Source: Fonticula alba ATCC 38817 (lineage: Eukaryota; Protista; Nucleariida). From it: a DNA stretch of 64,000 bases. Shown piece after piece: positions 23,651-36,746 of this stretch (positions within the stretch are counted from its first letter, which is position 1; the number at the start of each line of letters is the position of its first letter). Under the pieces are notes generated by a model. That model was given only the letters and a program-made list of their open reading frames with translations, had not been told where the DNA came from and did not search any database. The stretch is from NCBI GenBank assembly GCA_000388065.2, contig KB932201.1; one strand, 5' to 3'. Position numbers and translations under genes: made by a program.

Positions 23651-25940
23651 ATGAGCAAGGCCGTACGGCGGCGATTGGCAGCGCGCCTGGGCCCAGCCTT
23701 GCGCCTGGGCGTGGTGGCCATTGCCGTGGGCGCTCTCGCCGCACTGCTTCTGTTCCATGGGGCCGGCCCGCTGGCCGGACTAGGGCCCGCTATGCGGTAC
23801 ATGGCCCCGATCGGCGACCCGCCCGGCCTTGAGCAGGGGATGACCGGCGTTCGGAAGGCCATCACCGGCGAGTGGGTGCGTACGACGGAGCCACCGAGAG
23901 GGAGGGACCCCCACGCGTGCAGCTGCTGGAGCATGGGCCTGCACATGCACGCGAGGGACCGTACAGATAAGGCAGGGCCGAGGACGGGCGGGGGGCATTT
24001 ATTGTGGTCTATCACCCCATGCGCAGGAGGATCAGCGGGACACTCACCGGCCTGAGGGGGCGGGGGGGCGGGGAGGCAGTTCATCGGGCGCGTGGGATTC
24101 GACCCTCGACCGAGTCCCTGGACGGAGGGGGGGCACAGCTGCGGCCCGGATGCACACTTTCTCGTGGAGGCGCTCGAGCCGGGGGTCATGCTGCTCCCGG
24201 CCCGGCGCCTGCCGACCGTCTGGCGTGTCATGGGCCCGGGCGAGCCGGGCCGGCGGACCGAGCTCGAGCTGGCGGTTTTCATCCCACGCGACACCGGCGG
24301 CCCGGAGGCCACAGCCGCGCCCATCCCTCGACGGGTGAACATTCGCGTGGTGTCGACGCTCGACAGCCGGACCAGCGCGTCCGGCCTGTGGCGTCAGTAC
24401 CGGCCGCCAGGGGCCCAGCCCGACCCCGGTGGCCCGGCGGCGTCGGCGCCGGATCTCGAGGCGGCCCCGCACCTGGCAAACTGGGTCCAATGTTTGTACC
24501 TGTCGGAGGTGGTGCAGTGGGGCAGCTCCCTGGGAGCCGCGGCCGGTGCTCGCATTGGTCCCTTCACCCCGGGCGGGGACAGCGCGGTGGAGGGGCTCCT
24601 GCGCGAGCGTGCCCAACTGGCCGTCGGAGTGTGGGAGGACCTGTCCACCACGCGTGCGGAAAAGACCCACGGGCCACCGGGCGAGCACCCCGACGAGAGC
24701 AACACCCACTTGCCGGACCTTTCCGGCTGGTATGAGGCCCTCTGGGCCGACCTCCAGCGCGAGGACATCTACTTCCGTCAGTGCGACCCGGTGCATTCGA
24801 TGCGCTGGCGCTTCCGGCCGCTGGCGCTGGATGCCTGGCGACAGCCGGATCACTGCCCCATGCTCGGGCCCGGGCCGCCGGGGCCCGCAACACAAAGGAC
24901 CCCCTGGCGGCAAGCGCGCCACATGGCCAAGTCCACCGCACTTGGGGAGTACATCCGCCAGCGACTGGATCTGGCCAATGGCGGCGGCACGGCGCGCGGT
25001 CCCTTTGACCATGAAATTGCCGCCAGCCTGGAGCGCGTGCTCTGCGGGCTCGAGGGCCCGCGGCGTTTGGTGCTCATCGGCGACTCGCTCCTGCTCCAGT
25101 GGTCGACATACATGCGGGGATTGCTGCGCCGTCGCCACGCCATGACCGATGACCAGCCCTGCCCCGGGGGGGAGCCGGGCCCGATCCCCGACCAGGCGGT
25201 CGTCTTTCACCGGATCCGCCTGCTGCGCGACTCGCTACCGGCCACCCTGCAGACCATCCGCCAAGGGCCGTGGCGTGAGCGAGACGTGGTCATACTGAAT
25301 GCCGGGCTGTGGGAGGCTGCCTACGAGGATCTGGCCAAGTACCAGGGGCAGGTGCGCACTGCCACCATGGCCGGCATGTGAGGGAAGGAAGACGGACAGG
25401 GGGGGGGGGGGGGGAGGGGGAGGAAAAAGAAGACCAAGCGGGGAAGGGCCTGGCACAAGGACAGGCGCCTCGATCTCGGCCTCGCAGACAGACACGCCAC
25501 CGGGCGAGGCTGGCCCAACTGACCGTCGCCCATCATGCCAGGTGTCGACTCTCATCGAGGCCGTGCGTGACGCGCTGGCCGGCATCCCGGGCGCCCAGCT
25601 CGTGGTCATGACCACACCGCAGGTCTTTTGGACCGGTGACGACCAGCCCGGCCCCGGGCCCGGGCCCACACAGCTCCCGCAACATGTCGGCCTGAATGCC
25701 CCGCGGCTGGAGGCGGCCAACCGGTTGCTGGCCACCGCGGGCCCGGTGGCCGATGGGCGTCCGGGTCCGGCGCAGCTGGCCGCCGCCCGGCCCCCGGGGC
25801 ACATGCCCGTCGGCAAGGTCGATGCCTCCGGCATCACGAGCAATGCCCGGCATCTGCTGGTTCCGGGCGACGCGCGGCACTGGTGCCCGGCCGTGTACGC
25901 GGCACTGACCGCGCGGCTCATCAACAGCGTGTGCTCGTGA
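23651..25940 (+). CDS. Type II membrane SGNH-fold PC-esterase / TBL-NXPE-like acyl-esterase or O-acetyltransferase; multi-exon, 5' structure uncertain
   Basis: N-terminal basic stretch plus hydrophobic helix (MSKAVRRRLAARLGPALRLGVVAIAVGALAALLLF); RRLVLIGDSL (catalytic Ser block), DVVILNAGLW (oxyanion Asn block) and GDARHWCP (DxxHWC as in TBL proteins). GTGCGC..CAG intron joins GQ|VSTLIEAV. Confidence 0.75.
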
Positions 25941-26095
25941 GGCCCACCGGATGGGGGCGGGGCGGGGGCCGGCTCGCGGCGAATACATCCCTCATCCTGC
26001 GCATGGAAGTGGGCCAGCTACCTGGTCCCTTGTGTCGGGCTTTATGCCGTCCTCGGCTGGGGCACCTAGGGCGGTGGGTGGGCCCTGCCGCCGTG

Positions 26096-27033
26096 CTACT
26101 TCGGCCCGAAGCGCCCGGCACCCGAGAGAAGAGTCGATGCCAGGAGCTGGTGCGCGCGCACATCCAACGACGGCGAGGCCGCCTTCACCAGGAACGTTTG
26201 CCGCAGGGCGTCTGGGCCGCCCGCTTGCAGGGCCTCGGCCACGGGCCGGAGCAGGCGGATTGTTACCAGACCCTCGAAGAGGGACATCTCCACCGAGGAG
26301 GAATCCCCGGGCAGCGGGTCGACCGGGACACCGGCCTGCATGGTGACCAAAGATGAGAGTTCCCCCCCCCCCCCCCACCCACCCACCCCGGGCCCGTCGA
26401 CCGTCAGGGGTGTCAGAATGTGCACAATCCAGGGCCCGGGCCAGGGAGGCGATGGACATGGCGAGACGCACCTCACGGAGCATGCAGTGCAGGGTGGCCA
26501 CATCGGCCGAGAGGTCCGGCGAACAGGCCCCGGCCGGGCCGCTCACCCGGTCACGCACCCCTCGCCGAGAGAGGCCATGCAGCGCGGTCAGGAGCTCGGC
26601 CGGCGGGCAGGGCATGTCACCACCGGGCGCCATGGCATCCACCTGAACGAGGGCGGTCCGCGGAACCAGGCGAAGCTACGCTCGACACGGGAGCGGCGAA
26701 GGTCAGCACAATGGCCAGGCCGCAAGCGGACAGCCAGGGCAGCAGGAGGGAAAATGGCGGGGCGTACATTCCAAGCAGCGGCCTCGCTCGGCACAAGGCA
26801 GCCAATGCAACCGGTTTCCGGATCACAGAAAAGCACGTATGCCGGGAAGGCAACACCCTTGACAAATGAGTGTAGGTTAGACGCGCAGGCGGGGGGGGCG
26901 GCGCGGGGGGCTGTACAGGCGCCGGCGGCGAGGACCAATGGGCGGGAGGGGGGGGGGGACGCACATTCAGCAGGCGCACATGGCACGGGCCCTGCGGGGC
27001 GACGAAGGCGTCGCAAGACAGCGGCGAGAACAT
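26096..27033 (-). CDS. Gemin6-like Sm-fold + AD-domain protein (~200 aa); exons 27033-26965, 26857-26768, 26675-26472, 26335-26096
   Basis: Three phase-0 GT-AG introns give MFSPLSCDAFVAPQGPCHVRLLNGVAFPAYVLFCDPETGCIGCLVP...NLRLVPRTALVQVDAM...DLSADVATLHCMLREAGVPV...EMSLFEGLVTIRL...LDVRAHQLL. This parallels Gemin6 (VRV....Y.GWV.T.DPVS..IVL; DLE.RK..L..WL.KN.IP; L.VAGVLTI; ILSRVQ.LI). Confidence 0.6.
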
Positions 27034-27416
27034 GGCCGCGCGGGAGGAGGCGCGAGGCGAGAGGGNNNNNNNNNNNNNNNNNNNNNNNNNNNNNNNNNNN
27101 AGGCCGCTGTTGTTATTGCTCCCCGTGTGCTGAGTGGGGGGGGGGGGCGAAGCACATCGTGTGACTGGCAGCTGCCCGGGCGACCTGTCCATCCGAGATC
27201 GCGCCACAACGGTCGGGCCCATTTCCGCGCCGCTGTCGAGGGGCAGGCTGTTTTTGTGGGGACCCCCCGCCGGGGCAGCAGCGCCCCCGCAAGCCGGCGG
27301 CATGCCTTATCTCTCTGCCCGGATCCCCCCCCCCCCCCCGCCCCTCCCCCGTGTCCACCGTATCCTCTCCTCTCCGGCCCTCTGGTCCCACGCTCGACCC
27401 TCTGTCTCCTCCCACC

Positions 27417-29379
27417 ATGGCGTCGACCACGCTGCGCCTGCCCGGCCTTGGGTGGGCTCTCCTGTCGCTGCTGCTCGCGGCCCTCTTCAGCTCCTGCTGC
27501 CTGGCATCCGCCTCGCCGGTGATGAACGGCCCACCGACCACCTGGCTGTCGGCCCCGGTGCCCGCCGAGGACACGGCCCAGCTGCGCGTGTTTTTGCCGA
27601 GCCCCGAGGCGCGCGACCAGTTCCTCTGGCGCCTGGCTGGCGCCGGGGTCTCGGCCGATCTGACCACCCTGGGGTTCTGCTCGTCCCGCTGCGTGGACCT
27701 CCTTGTGCCGGAAGTCGACCGCCAGGCTGTTGAGGCTGCCCTGCCGGCGGATGCGGTCCTGCGTACGGCCGAGCGCAACCTCGGGGGCCGTCTGCGCGCG
27801 GAGCGCGACCGCCTGGCCGGCGATGCCCACCGGACTGACTTCTCCGGTGTCACTCGGGCCAGTGACTTTTTCGAGGACTTCCGCACTTACGCCCAGATTG
27901 AGGCATTCATGGACTCGCTGCTGGCCGCCTACCCGGAGGCCCTGTCGGGCTTCGTGTCCGGGCGCACTTTCGAGGGTGCGCGCTCGGCTGCCGCTGCCGC
28001 TGCTGCTGCTGCCGCCATCACCACCTCCTCCCGCCCCCTTACGCTCCTTCGTCGGGCTTGGCTCGCGCACTTCCACACGTCCATCTTTCGCTGACTCCTC
28101 TTGCTCCCTTCCCTCTTCTCTCCCTCTGCTTGGGCTGCTTTCCCAGGCCGGCCAATCCGCTCGATGGTCCTCTCAGTCGGCGGCAACAGCACTGTCGTCG
28201 ACGCCGGGCGCCGGTCCATCCACCTGCAGGCTGGTCAGCATGCTCGGGAGTGGCTTTCTCCCCCGACCCTGCTGTACATCCTGTCCGGCTTCCTCGAGGA
28301 GACCAGTGGCTCGGCCAACCTTCCCCTCCGCGATGTATGTGCACTTTGTGTGCTTTTCCCCTTCTCTCCCCGGCCCAGCTCTCTTGGGCCTCCCCCATGG
28401 CGTGATCTCTGACCCCCTGTGCTTCCGCCGCCCTCCCCCCCCCCTCCTCCCTTTTGTGCCCGGTCCCTGCCGTAGCTTCTTTCCCAGTTCGACATCTACA
28501 TCACCCCGGTGGTCAACGTCGATGGGTACCTGCACACCTGGAAGGGCGATCGCCTGTGGCGCAAGAACCGCCGTGTCAACAGCGGCTCCAACTTCCTTGG
28601 CGTTGATCTCAACCGGAACTGGGGGCCGAATTCCACCTGGTGCACTGAGGGGTCCAGCACCTTCCCCGGCTCGGATGTCTATTGCGGCACCGAGGCCTTC
28701 AGTGAGCCGGAGACTCAGGCCATGAGCCAGCTTTTGGACTCCCTGCCGAATGTCGCCGTGCGCCTGCTCCCCCCTATATCTGCCTTCTCGCCCCCCCCCC
28801 CCCCCCCCTCGCCTTTGTGTGCTCTTACACTGCCCGATGCACTCGATACTGACGTCGACATTCCCCCTCCCCCTCCACCGCTGCTGCTGTTGCTGCTGCC
28901 GCTGCCGCCGCCGCCGCCGCTGCTCTCCCACACAGCTGGCCATTGACTACCACACCTACGGTCCCATGATCCTGTACCCGCTGCAGCACACCTACGACCC
29001 GGCTGAGGGTGATGATGCTGCGCACTTCGACCATCTTGCCACGGTCATGGCCGACGCCATCCGTGCCGTTCACGGCCAGGAGTATGAGCCCATGCCCGGG
29101 TCCCAGCTGTATCCCCACTCGGGCGGCCTCATCGACTATGCTTACTACACTCGTCGAATTCCGGCTTTCACCGTGGAGCTCCGGTGCGCACTGCCATCAT
29201 CCTCCGCCAGTGGGCTTTGCTTTGCCCCATGCGCTAGATCGCCCCCGCCCCACCTCTCTAACTCCTGTTGTTCTTGCCATTGCGCCAGTGGTGACGGCTT
29301 CATCGTCCCCCCCTCCAACATTCTGGAGTCCGGCGAGGAGAACTATCGCGGCCTGATCGACATCCTGCCCCTCTTGTAG
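27417..29379 (+). CDS. Secreted M14A zinc carboxypeptidase (carboxypeptidase A-like) with signal peptide and prodomain; 5 exons
   Basis: Signal peptide MASTTLRLPGLGWALLSLLLAALFSSCCLA; Zn ligands in GQHAREW and DYHTY; WRKNRR, GVDLNRNW, AFSEPET, YPHSGGLID and TVELR. Ile at the position equivalent to CPA Ile255 predicts a hydrophobic S1' preference. Confidence 0.95.
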
Positions 29380-29791
29380 GAGAGCACCGCGCTTCCCCTG
29401 TGGATGCCTGCTTCCCTGACATTTCTGTCGATGCCGCAGTTATAATGCACATATGCAGGGAAAGAAAGAGAAAGAGGGGGAGGGGGGAAGGGACGGGGAG
29501 AGTAAATCTATGGGTGTGTATTGAAGGGGGGTATTTGGGGGGGGGGAGAGAGAGAGAGAGAGAGAGATAGAGAGGGAGGGAAGGAAAGATGGGGGAAATG
29601 CCTGGGGAGGAAGGTGACAACCGTCGAACCAACCGGACCGCCACGCAGGAGTGGATCCTCCCCCATTCGCCGGAGCCCGGGAGGAGTGACAAACGCCCGC
29701 TGTGTCGGCCCTCATCGCCCGGCCCCCAAACGCGTCGGGGGAAGACAGCCATGCCGCGCTGCCCATGGGGGGAGGGAGAGACACACGAATG

Positions 29792-32700
29792 TCACTTCTT
29801 CCCATGGAAGCGCGGCTGGTCGAAGAGAAGCTTCCGGCGCGGGAGGCCAAACTGACCAGGGCCGGCCACGGTCGGGGGCGCATCAGCCGGGGCGGCGGCG
29901 GCCGCCGGATCAGCCGGCTCGAATTCCACGATCTCCACCGGGCCCTGGGGGTCCTGCATGCTGTGGAGGTGAGCATCGGCCGCTGCCGGGCCCCGCGACG
30001 CCTCCATGTGCTGCAGGACCTTGAAGAGCCCAGTACCAATGGGCATGGGAATACCCATGATAATGCACTCGGACACACCCTCAATGGCATCACGCTTGGC
30101 GAAGTAGGAAGCATCGAACAGATGGTCGGTGGTCCGCTCGAAGGAGGCCAACATCAGGACACTGTCCTTCATCTTGGCAATGCCGAAGCGCGTGATGCCC
30201 AGCACCTCGCCCTTGCAGGTCATCAGGTCGGCCAGCAACATGACATGGCGCATGTCAATGCTCATGCCGTGGCTGCTCATGGTATACTGAATCTCATTGA
30301 TGATGGTGGTCCGGGCCGCCTCAATGCCCAGGACCTGGGCCACCTCCATGATGTGGTTGGAAGTGGTCTGGGTGCCATCCACACCCTCGGTGGCCATCAC
30401 ATGGCGCAGGCCGTAGCCCTCCACCAGGAGGTTGTAGCTGGTGTCGGCCCCGCCGCCCAGGGTGTTGACCACGGCACGGTTGACCGTCGGCACGCCCTTG
30501 ACAATGACATTCGGCAGCATGGCCTTCAGATGCTGCAGCATGAAGTACATGGTGAACTTCGGGTCCTCCGGCGGGTACACGCGGATGCGGTTGCTGGCCG
30601 ACACCCGGACATGGCGGTCCTTGAGCTTGAGCTTCGGCGCGGCGATGATGGCTGCCCGGATTTGCTCCATGTCCACCTCCAGCTGCAGGGCCTGGATGGC
30701 ATCCAGGTCAAACTTGATGGACAGGTAGCACTCCTGCGCGCTGAAGGTTTCCTGGATGTACTCGGCGATGTTGCTGAGCAGGGTCTTCTCGATGCGGCCC
30801 TTGACAATGCGTGCCGATTGGACGCTGCGATTGGCAATCAGGGTCGTGGTGATGATCGGCGTGGAGATCAGCTTGCTGGCATTGATGATTTCCTTGATGC
30901 GCGGCACACCGAGGGTCACGTTCATGGAGGCCACACCGGCAAAGTGGAAAGTCTTCAGGGTCATCTGCGTGCCGGGCTCACCGATGGACTGGGCGCCCAG
31001 GGCACCGACCGCGGTGCCCGGCTCGATGATGGCCTTCAGATACTTGTGCAGGATGGTCTCAAAGAAGAGGTCCATCTGGGCCGGGGTCACGCGCAGCAGC
31101 AAATCCACGAAGCTGCGCGCGGTCAGGCCCATTTCCGCCTGGTGGATCGCCTCCACTCGAGCCGCCGTGTAGGGAACCCCCTGGGCGTCCAGCAGCTCCG
31201 GCAGCGGGAAGGCCCGGGCATCCGACGACACCGGCCCGAAGGTGGCCCGCTTGACCGAGGGAGGAATGGCCTCGGCCGGGGGCGGCTCCGCCACCGGCCC
31301 CGGGGTGACGGTGTGCGCATCGAGGCCGGCCCGCTGACGCAGCCCAGCCAGCTCGGCCGCCAGCTGGTAGACAAACTCCCGGAGTTCCCCGATGAAGAGC
31401 GACGTGCATCGGTGCGCCACGGCCGGGATGCTTACCTGCCGGTCGACCAGCTGCATCAGCTGCACCGGCAGCAGGCCGCGGTGCTCCGGCGCCAGGGGGT
31501 TCTCCGCCTCCGAGGGGAGCCGGTGCCACTGGCAGTGCGTGAACACTCGGGACAGGCTGACCGGCCGGTCGTCGGCCTCCATGGCCGCCGGGTCCAGACC
31601 ATCGGCACCATACTTGAACTGCACCACCTGGCCGCTGGAGTTGCGCACCGAGTAGTCATACTGCACGGACAGGTCCTCCAGCGCCTTCATCAGGCGCCGC
31701 TGCATGTAACCGGTCTCGGCGGTCTTGACGGCGGTATCGACCAGACCCTCACGACCACCCATGGTGTGGAAGAAGAACTCCGTCGGTGTCAGGCCACTGT
31801 AGAAACTGTTCTTGACGAACCCCTTGGCCGCCGGGGTCTTGGCTGTGGAGAAGGCACCCAAGCCGAAGGGAAGGAGGGAGAGGCAGAGGGAGACGGGAGA
31901 CGGGGAGGAGCCGACCGATGGAGGACGGGGAAGAGGGGGGTTAGAAAGAAAAAAAAAAAGACCAGCAGTACGGAACAGAGCGAGTGCAGGCCCCCGCCCT
32001 CCAACCCTGACGATCTAGAGCACGATCAGCACGCACAGTTGACCTCGAAGTGCGGCAGGGTGCGATTGACAAAGCCGTCGGCGATGCGCGCGCCGGATAC
32101 GACCTGCTGCCCGACACAGGCAATCATCTGCGAAATGTTGATCTTGGAACCCTTGGACCCGGAGATGGCCATGACCATGGGGCTGTTGTAGCGGTCCAGC
32201 TCATTGAGACAGATCTGGCCGGCGTCATCACGGATCTTCGACAGCTCGCCAGTCATCTTGGCCTCGAGGGTTTGCTCGGCCGTGCAACCGGGGGCCAGCT
32301 GCAGGGTGTTGTTCTGGAACTCCTTGATATACTCGGCGCACTTGCCGTAGCCAGCCATGACCAGCTGGTCCTTCATCTGGACCAGTCGCGCGCCAGGGCG
32401 CACATCATCAATGCCGATGGAGAACCCATGGTTGCCGAGCCAGCGCGCACACATCTTGGCCACACGCGACATGGCCGCAATGGCCTCATCCACGCCGTAG
32501 TCCCGCATGATGATGTAGAAAATGGTGTTCTTCGAGCCGGAGCCGACGAGAGACTTGTCCAGGGTACCGCACATGACGGTGCTGTCACGGATGACAACAT
32601 CTTCATGCAGGATGGGGGGGGGGCGAGCGAGAGGGAGAGAGAGAGAGGGCGAAGGGAAGAAGAGGAGGAAGGCGATGGTGTGAGTGTGGTAACGGGGAGG

Positions 32701-35575
32701 GGAGGCCAGTGGCGGACGGGTGGATGGCCAACGAGACGGCAGGGCCAGAGAGCGGGAAAGCACGTACAGCCGTCGCTCGGGCACATGTCCTCGCCCTTGG
32801 AGTAAGAGCGGTTCTTTGTCTCGAGGTTGATGCGAACCTGCGAGCGGGTGTTCGGCCGGATGATGATGTTGAAGAGCTGCTTGCCGGTCCAGAACTCGAC
32901 AGGCTGGGTATGGAGGCGAAGAGAAGGCCGAAATGACCGAGAAAGGAGCGGGGAAAGGAAGATGGCATTAGTGAAATTGTCCGGCGGCGGGCGGGCCTGC
33001 AGAGAATAGCCCCATCACACACACACACACACACACACACGCACCTTGACAATGGCCGGCGGCGGCAGGTCCACATGCATACGCGCATCCGACATGTACG
33101 AGCAAATCAGCGACATCTGTGCCCGGTCATAGAAGATGTCCTTCCGAGTGAGCAGATAACAAGCGGTGATGAAATCCTGCGTGGCGGCGATCACGGGCTC
33201 GCCGTTACGCGGAGTGATCAGATTATCCTTCACGCCCATCAGAACCAACGCCTCGGCACGGGCCTCCTCCGTTTGCGGGACGTGAAGATTCATCTCATCG
33301 CCATCGAAGTCGGCGTTGTACGGCGTGCAGGCGCATTCATTCAGCCGGAAGGTGCGCCACGGCCGAACCTTCACATAGTGGCACATGATGGACAGCTTGT
33401 GGAGCGAAGGCTGGCGGTTGAAGAGAACCACATCGCCATCATCAATGTGGCGCTCGACAATGTCGCCGATGTTCAGCTGGGCGGCGGTGCGCTCGCGGTC
33501 GCGCACATACTTGAGGTGGCTGCATCGGAAGGTGGAGGGGGGAGGGGGGAGGGGGGGAGCCGGCCGGGGCGCCCATGGGAGTCAGAGGAGGGGGAGGGGG
33601 GGAAGGGCGGAAATTTCCGCTCCTACAGGAGAGCCAGCATGTGACAAGGAAGAAGCCTGGACGTACAGCTTTCGCCCATCCGGCGTGGCCAGGTAATTGG
33701 CGCCGGGGTGGACATCCGGGCCGTTGATGATCAGCTGGCGCATCTTCTTGATGTTGTGCCGGGTCACACGCTCGGGATAGGTGAGGACCTTGGCCACGAG
33801 CTCCGGCACGGCCACCTCATTGATGGCCAGATCCGGGTCCGGGGAAATGACCGTACGACCGGAGAAGTCGACACGCTTGCCGGACAGATTGCCACGGAAG
33901 CGACCGGTCTTGCCCTTGAGCCGCTGGCAGAAGCCGCGGGTGGGCTTGGTTTGCATCTGTGTGGGGGGCGGTTTGTGGCGGGAGGCGTTTTGGTGGCCGA
34001 CAAGCCGGGGGGGGGGGGGGGGTACAAGACGGCCAGTATGGTCACAGGGGGGATGGCAAGCCGGATAAAGTGCACACGAGGTGGCACCGTCAGTATGAGC
34101 CGGAACAAGAGAGAGGGAGAGAGAAACGAAGAACCAGAAACCGGAGAGGCGACAGATGCGAGGCGGGAAGGGGATGCCGGCTGGCGATAGGGTTGCCGAG
34201 AGAAGAGAGAGGAGGGAGGAGGGGGACACGATCGTACCTGCTGCGGGAGCTGCACGCCGGGCAGCTCACTGTTGATGTACATGGCACAGTAGATCTGCAG
34301 CATGTCCCAGTTTTCGATGAGCACCTGCGGCTGAGCACCCTTCTCGATGGACTGGCGGATGACATTGTTGACATGGATGATCTCCATCAGCTTGATGGTC
34401 AGGTCATCCTCATTGGAGCCAGCCGCCGCGTCCATGGCCACAGACGGACGGATGCACACCGGCGGAACGGGGATGTGCGTCCAAATGAGCTGCTCGGGGC
34501 GACCCTCCACCGGACACATGCCCAGCAACTCCACATCGGCATCGGAGATGTTTTGGAAGATGGACAGCACACGCATCGGGTTGAGGTCCTCATTGGCCCG
34601 GGACAAATGGGTCTTGACATCGGGGTTGGCCTCGATGGCCGCCTCAAACTGCTTCTCGCGATCGACCTTGAGCTGCTGGTCACGCTCGGAGGGGCGCCCA
34701 CGAGCGCTGGACCGACAGACCCCGGCATTTCACACGGTCAGGGGCAGAACATGAGAGAGGACAAGGGCAAGAAAGCAAGCGGTCGAAGGGGAGAGAGAGA
34801 GAGAGAGAGGGACGGGGGAGGAGCGCCCGGTCACTGCGCACCGCTCATGATACAGCTTCAGCGCGCCGGTCTTCTTGATGGTCCCGTTGGCCGAGCCACA
34901 ATGCGGGCAATGAGCGGCCTTCTTGCACTTTTCATGGATGCGCTTGACCAGGCCTCGGCGCTGGAGGCCGTCCAGCCGGGGATTGCGGATGCGGAAAAGG
35001 TAGTTCTGCGCCTCGGCCTCATCAACCAGAATACGACTGCATGTCTTGCACACGCTTTGCAGGATGGTGATGATCCCCTTGAAAAAGCCGATGTGGAAGA
35101 CCGGCAGCTCCAGGCGGATATGGGCAAAGTGACCGGAGCACTCGGCCAACTTGTGCCCACACGTCTCGCAGGTGGACATCTTGTCCGAGGTACCAAGGCG
35201 CCGGTCGAGGCAGCCATTGGGCGTGGGGTTCCGGTCGGGGATGGTATAGAGTTCGCGATTGACCACCTCAAACTCGGCCACCTGGTAGATGTCCTGAGGG
35301 GACATGATGCCAAAGTGGAGGGCCTTGCTGCTCGAGAGCGAGCGCACAGACAAGGCAGGGAGGTGTCCCGGGGGGAGGGGGGGGGGGGAAAGAGAGAGGG
35401 GAGGGAGATGAGGGAAGGGACGAGGGGGGTGCCGATAAGTGTCAGGGAATGCATGTGCCAGAAGCGGGGACAGGGGGCGGGGGGGCGAGAACAAAAGGGG
35501 CGGCGCAGGCCACAGAGGGGAGACGAACATCTTCTTCGGCGCCTCACTCGGGCGGATGAGCTCCTTCGTGGCCAT
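29792..35575 (-). CDS. POLR3A: DNA-directed RNA polymerase III largest subunit RPC1; ~8 exons
   Basis: [39 protein letters not shown], catalytic [47 protein letters not shown] and [12 protein letters not shown]. The N-terminus [13 protein letters not shown] and C-terminal LLFD are RPC1-type, and there is no CTD heptad repeat. Confidence 0.97.
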
Positions 35576-36746
35576 GGCTACAGCGGGGACTTTCTCTGGC
35601 TCTCAGTGAGCTGAGAGGCGCGTCAGGGGGTCGTGCCTCACACTGATGGCAGAGGCACAATGTGCGAAAAGAAGGAGGGTCAATGCCTGAGTGAAAAGGC
35701 AGGGAGGGGGGGCAGCCTGGCGCGCGGGAGCCGTCCACACAAGGGGGGACGGGGGGCAGATAAGCAACAGCAACGCACAGCGCCGATTGGCGGGGAGGGG
35801 GGAGAAGGACACGATGCGAGAACGGGGCCGCGGGGAGGGAAGGGAGGGGCGATCGGCGTCGGCCGGTGAGACTTAGGGGGGGGAGGGGGGCGGGAGAGAC
35901 CTACCCTCCGGAGGAGTGCTGTCCGGTGAGCCAGCGAGATGGGGAGAAGGAGAAAGACGGGGGAGGGAGAGAGGAGGCGCAAAAGAGGGCCCCGGGGGGA
36001 TGGTAGGGGAGGTAGGAAGGGAACGAAGCGTGCTAAAGCCCGGCCGAGGAGACGAGGCGGAGATGCTCGGCCAAAAAGGTCCCGGGTGCAGGGGGGGGGG
36101 GGGGGGGCTGCTGACTGGCCCCCGGCGCCGGAACGCCTCGTGGTCGAAAAAGACCACAACACACGGCCCGGCCCAGGGTCCCCCGGAGGAGAAGAGAAGG
36201 AGAGTCCGTCGCCCGGTCGCCCTCACGGCGGGAGCGCTGCTCCCAAGAGGGCTGGCGCAGCATCAGGCCCGGCCCCCCGAACATGCTTACACCACCCACC
36301 CTCCCGTGCACCGGCCCGAGTGTGGGACAGAGCCCGGGCAAGTGCGCGTGGCAGGTATTAAGAAAAATCCCCCAGCATGGGACGGCGGTCTGGGCGATCC
36401 CCCCCCGTCCCCCGCCCCCCGCCCCCCGCCCCCTGGAACGGGTGGCCCAGGTCCATGTGCCACCCCCATCCGCCTTTTGCCCACCCACCGTCGCCCCGAC
36501 GCTCGGCGCCCGAGGCGGTCCCATCCACGCTCTCTCTTTCCCGCACCACCCCACGCAAGGGTCCATTCGCGTCCGATAGACCCGAGAGGCGCCCGGGGCC
36601 GCAACACCCCATGCCGGGGCGGCGGCGGGAAAAGGAGCCCCGAAAAAAAAAAAAAAAAAAAGACGCCAGACAAGAGCGGCGAGGGCGTCGTGCTTGGAAT
36701 TCGGATCCATAGAGTTAAGTATTGGCTCCCGCCCCGGTCCTTGTGA

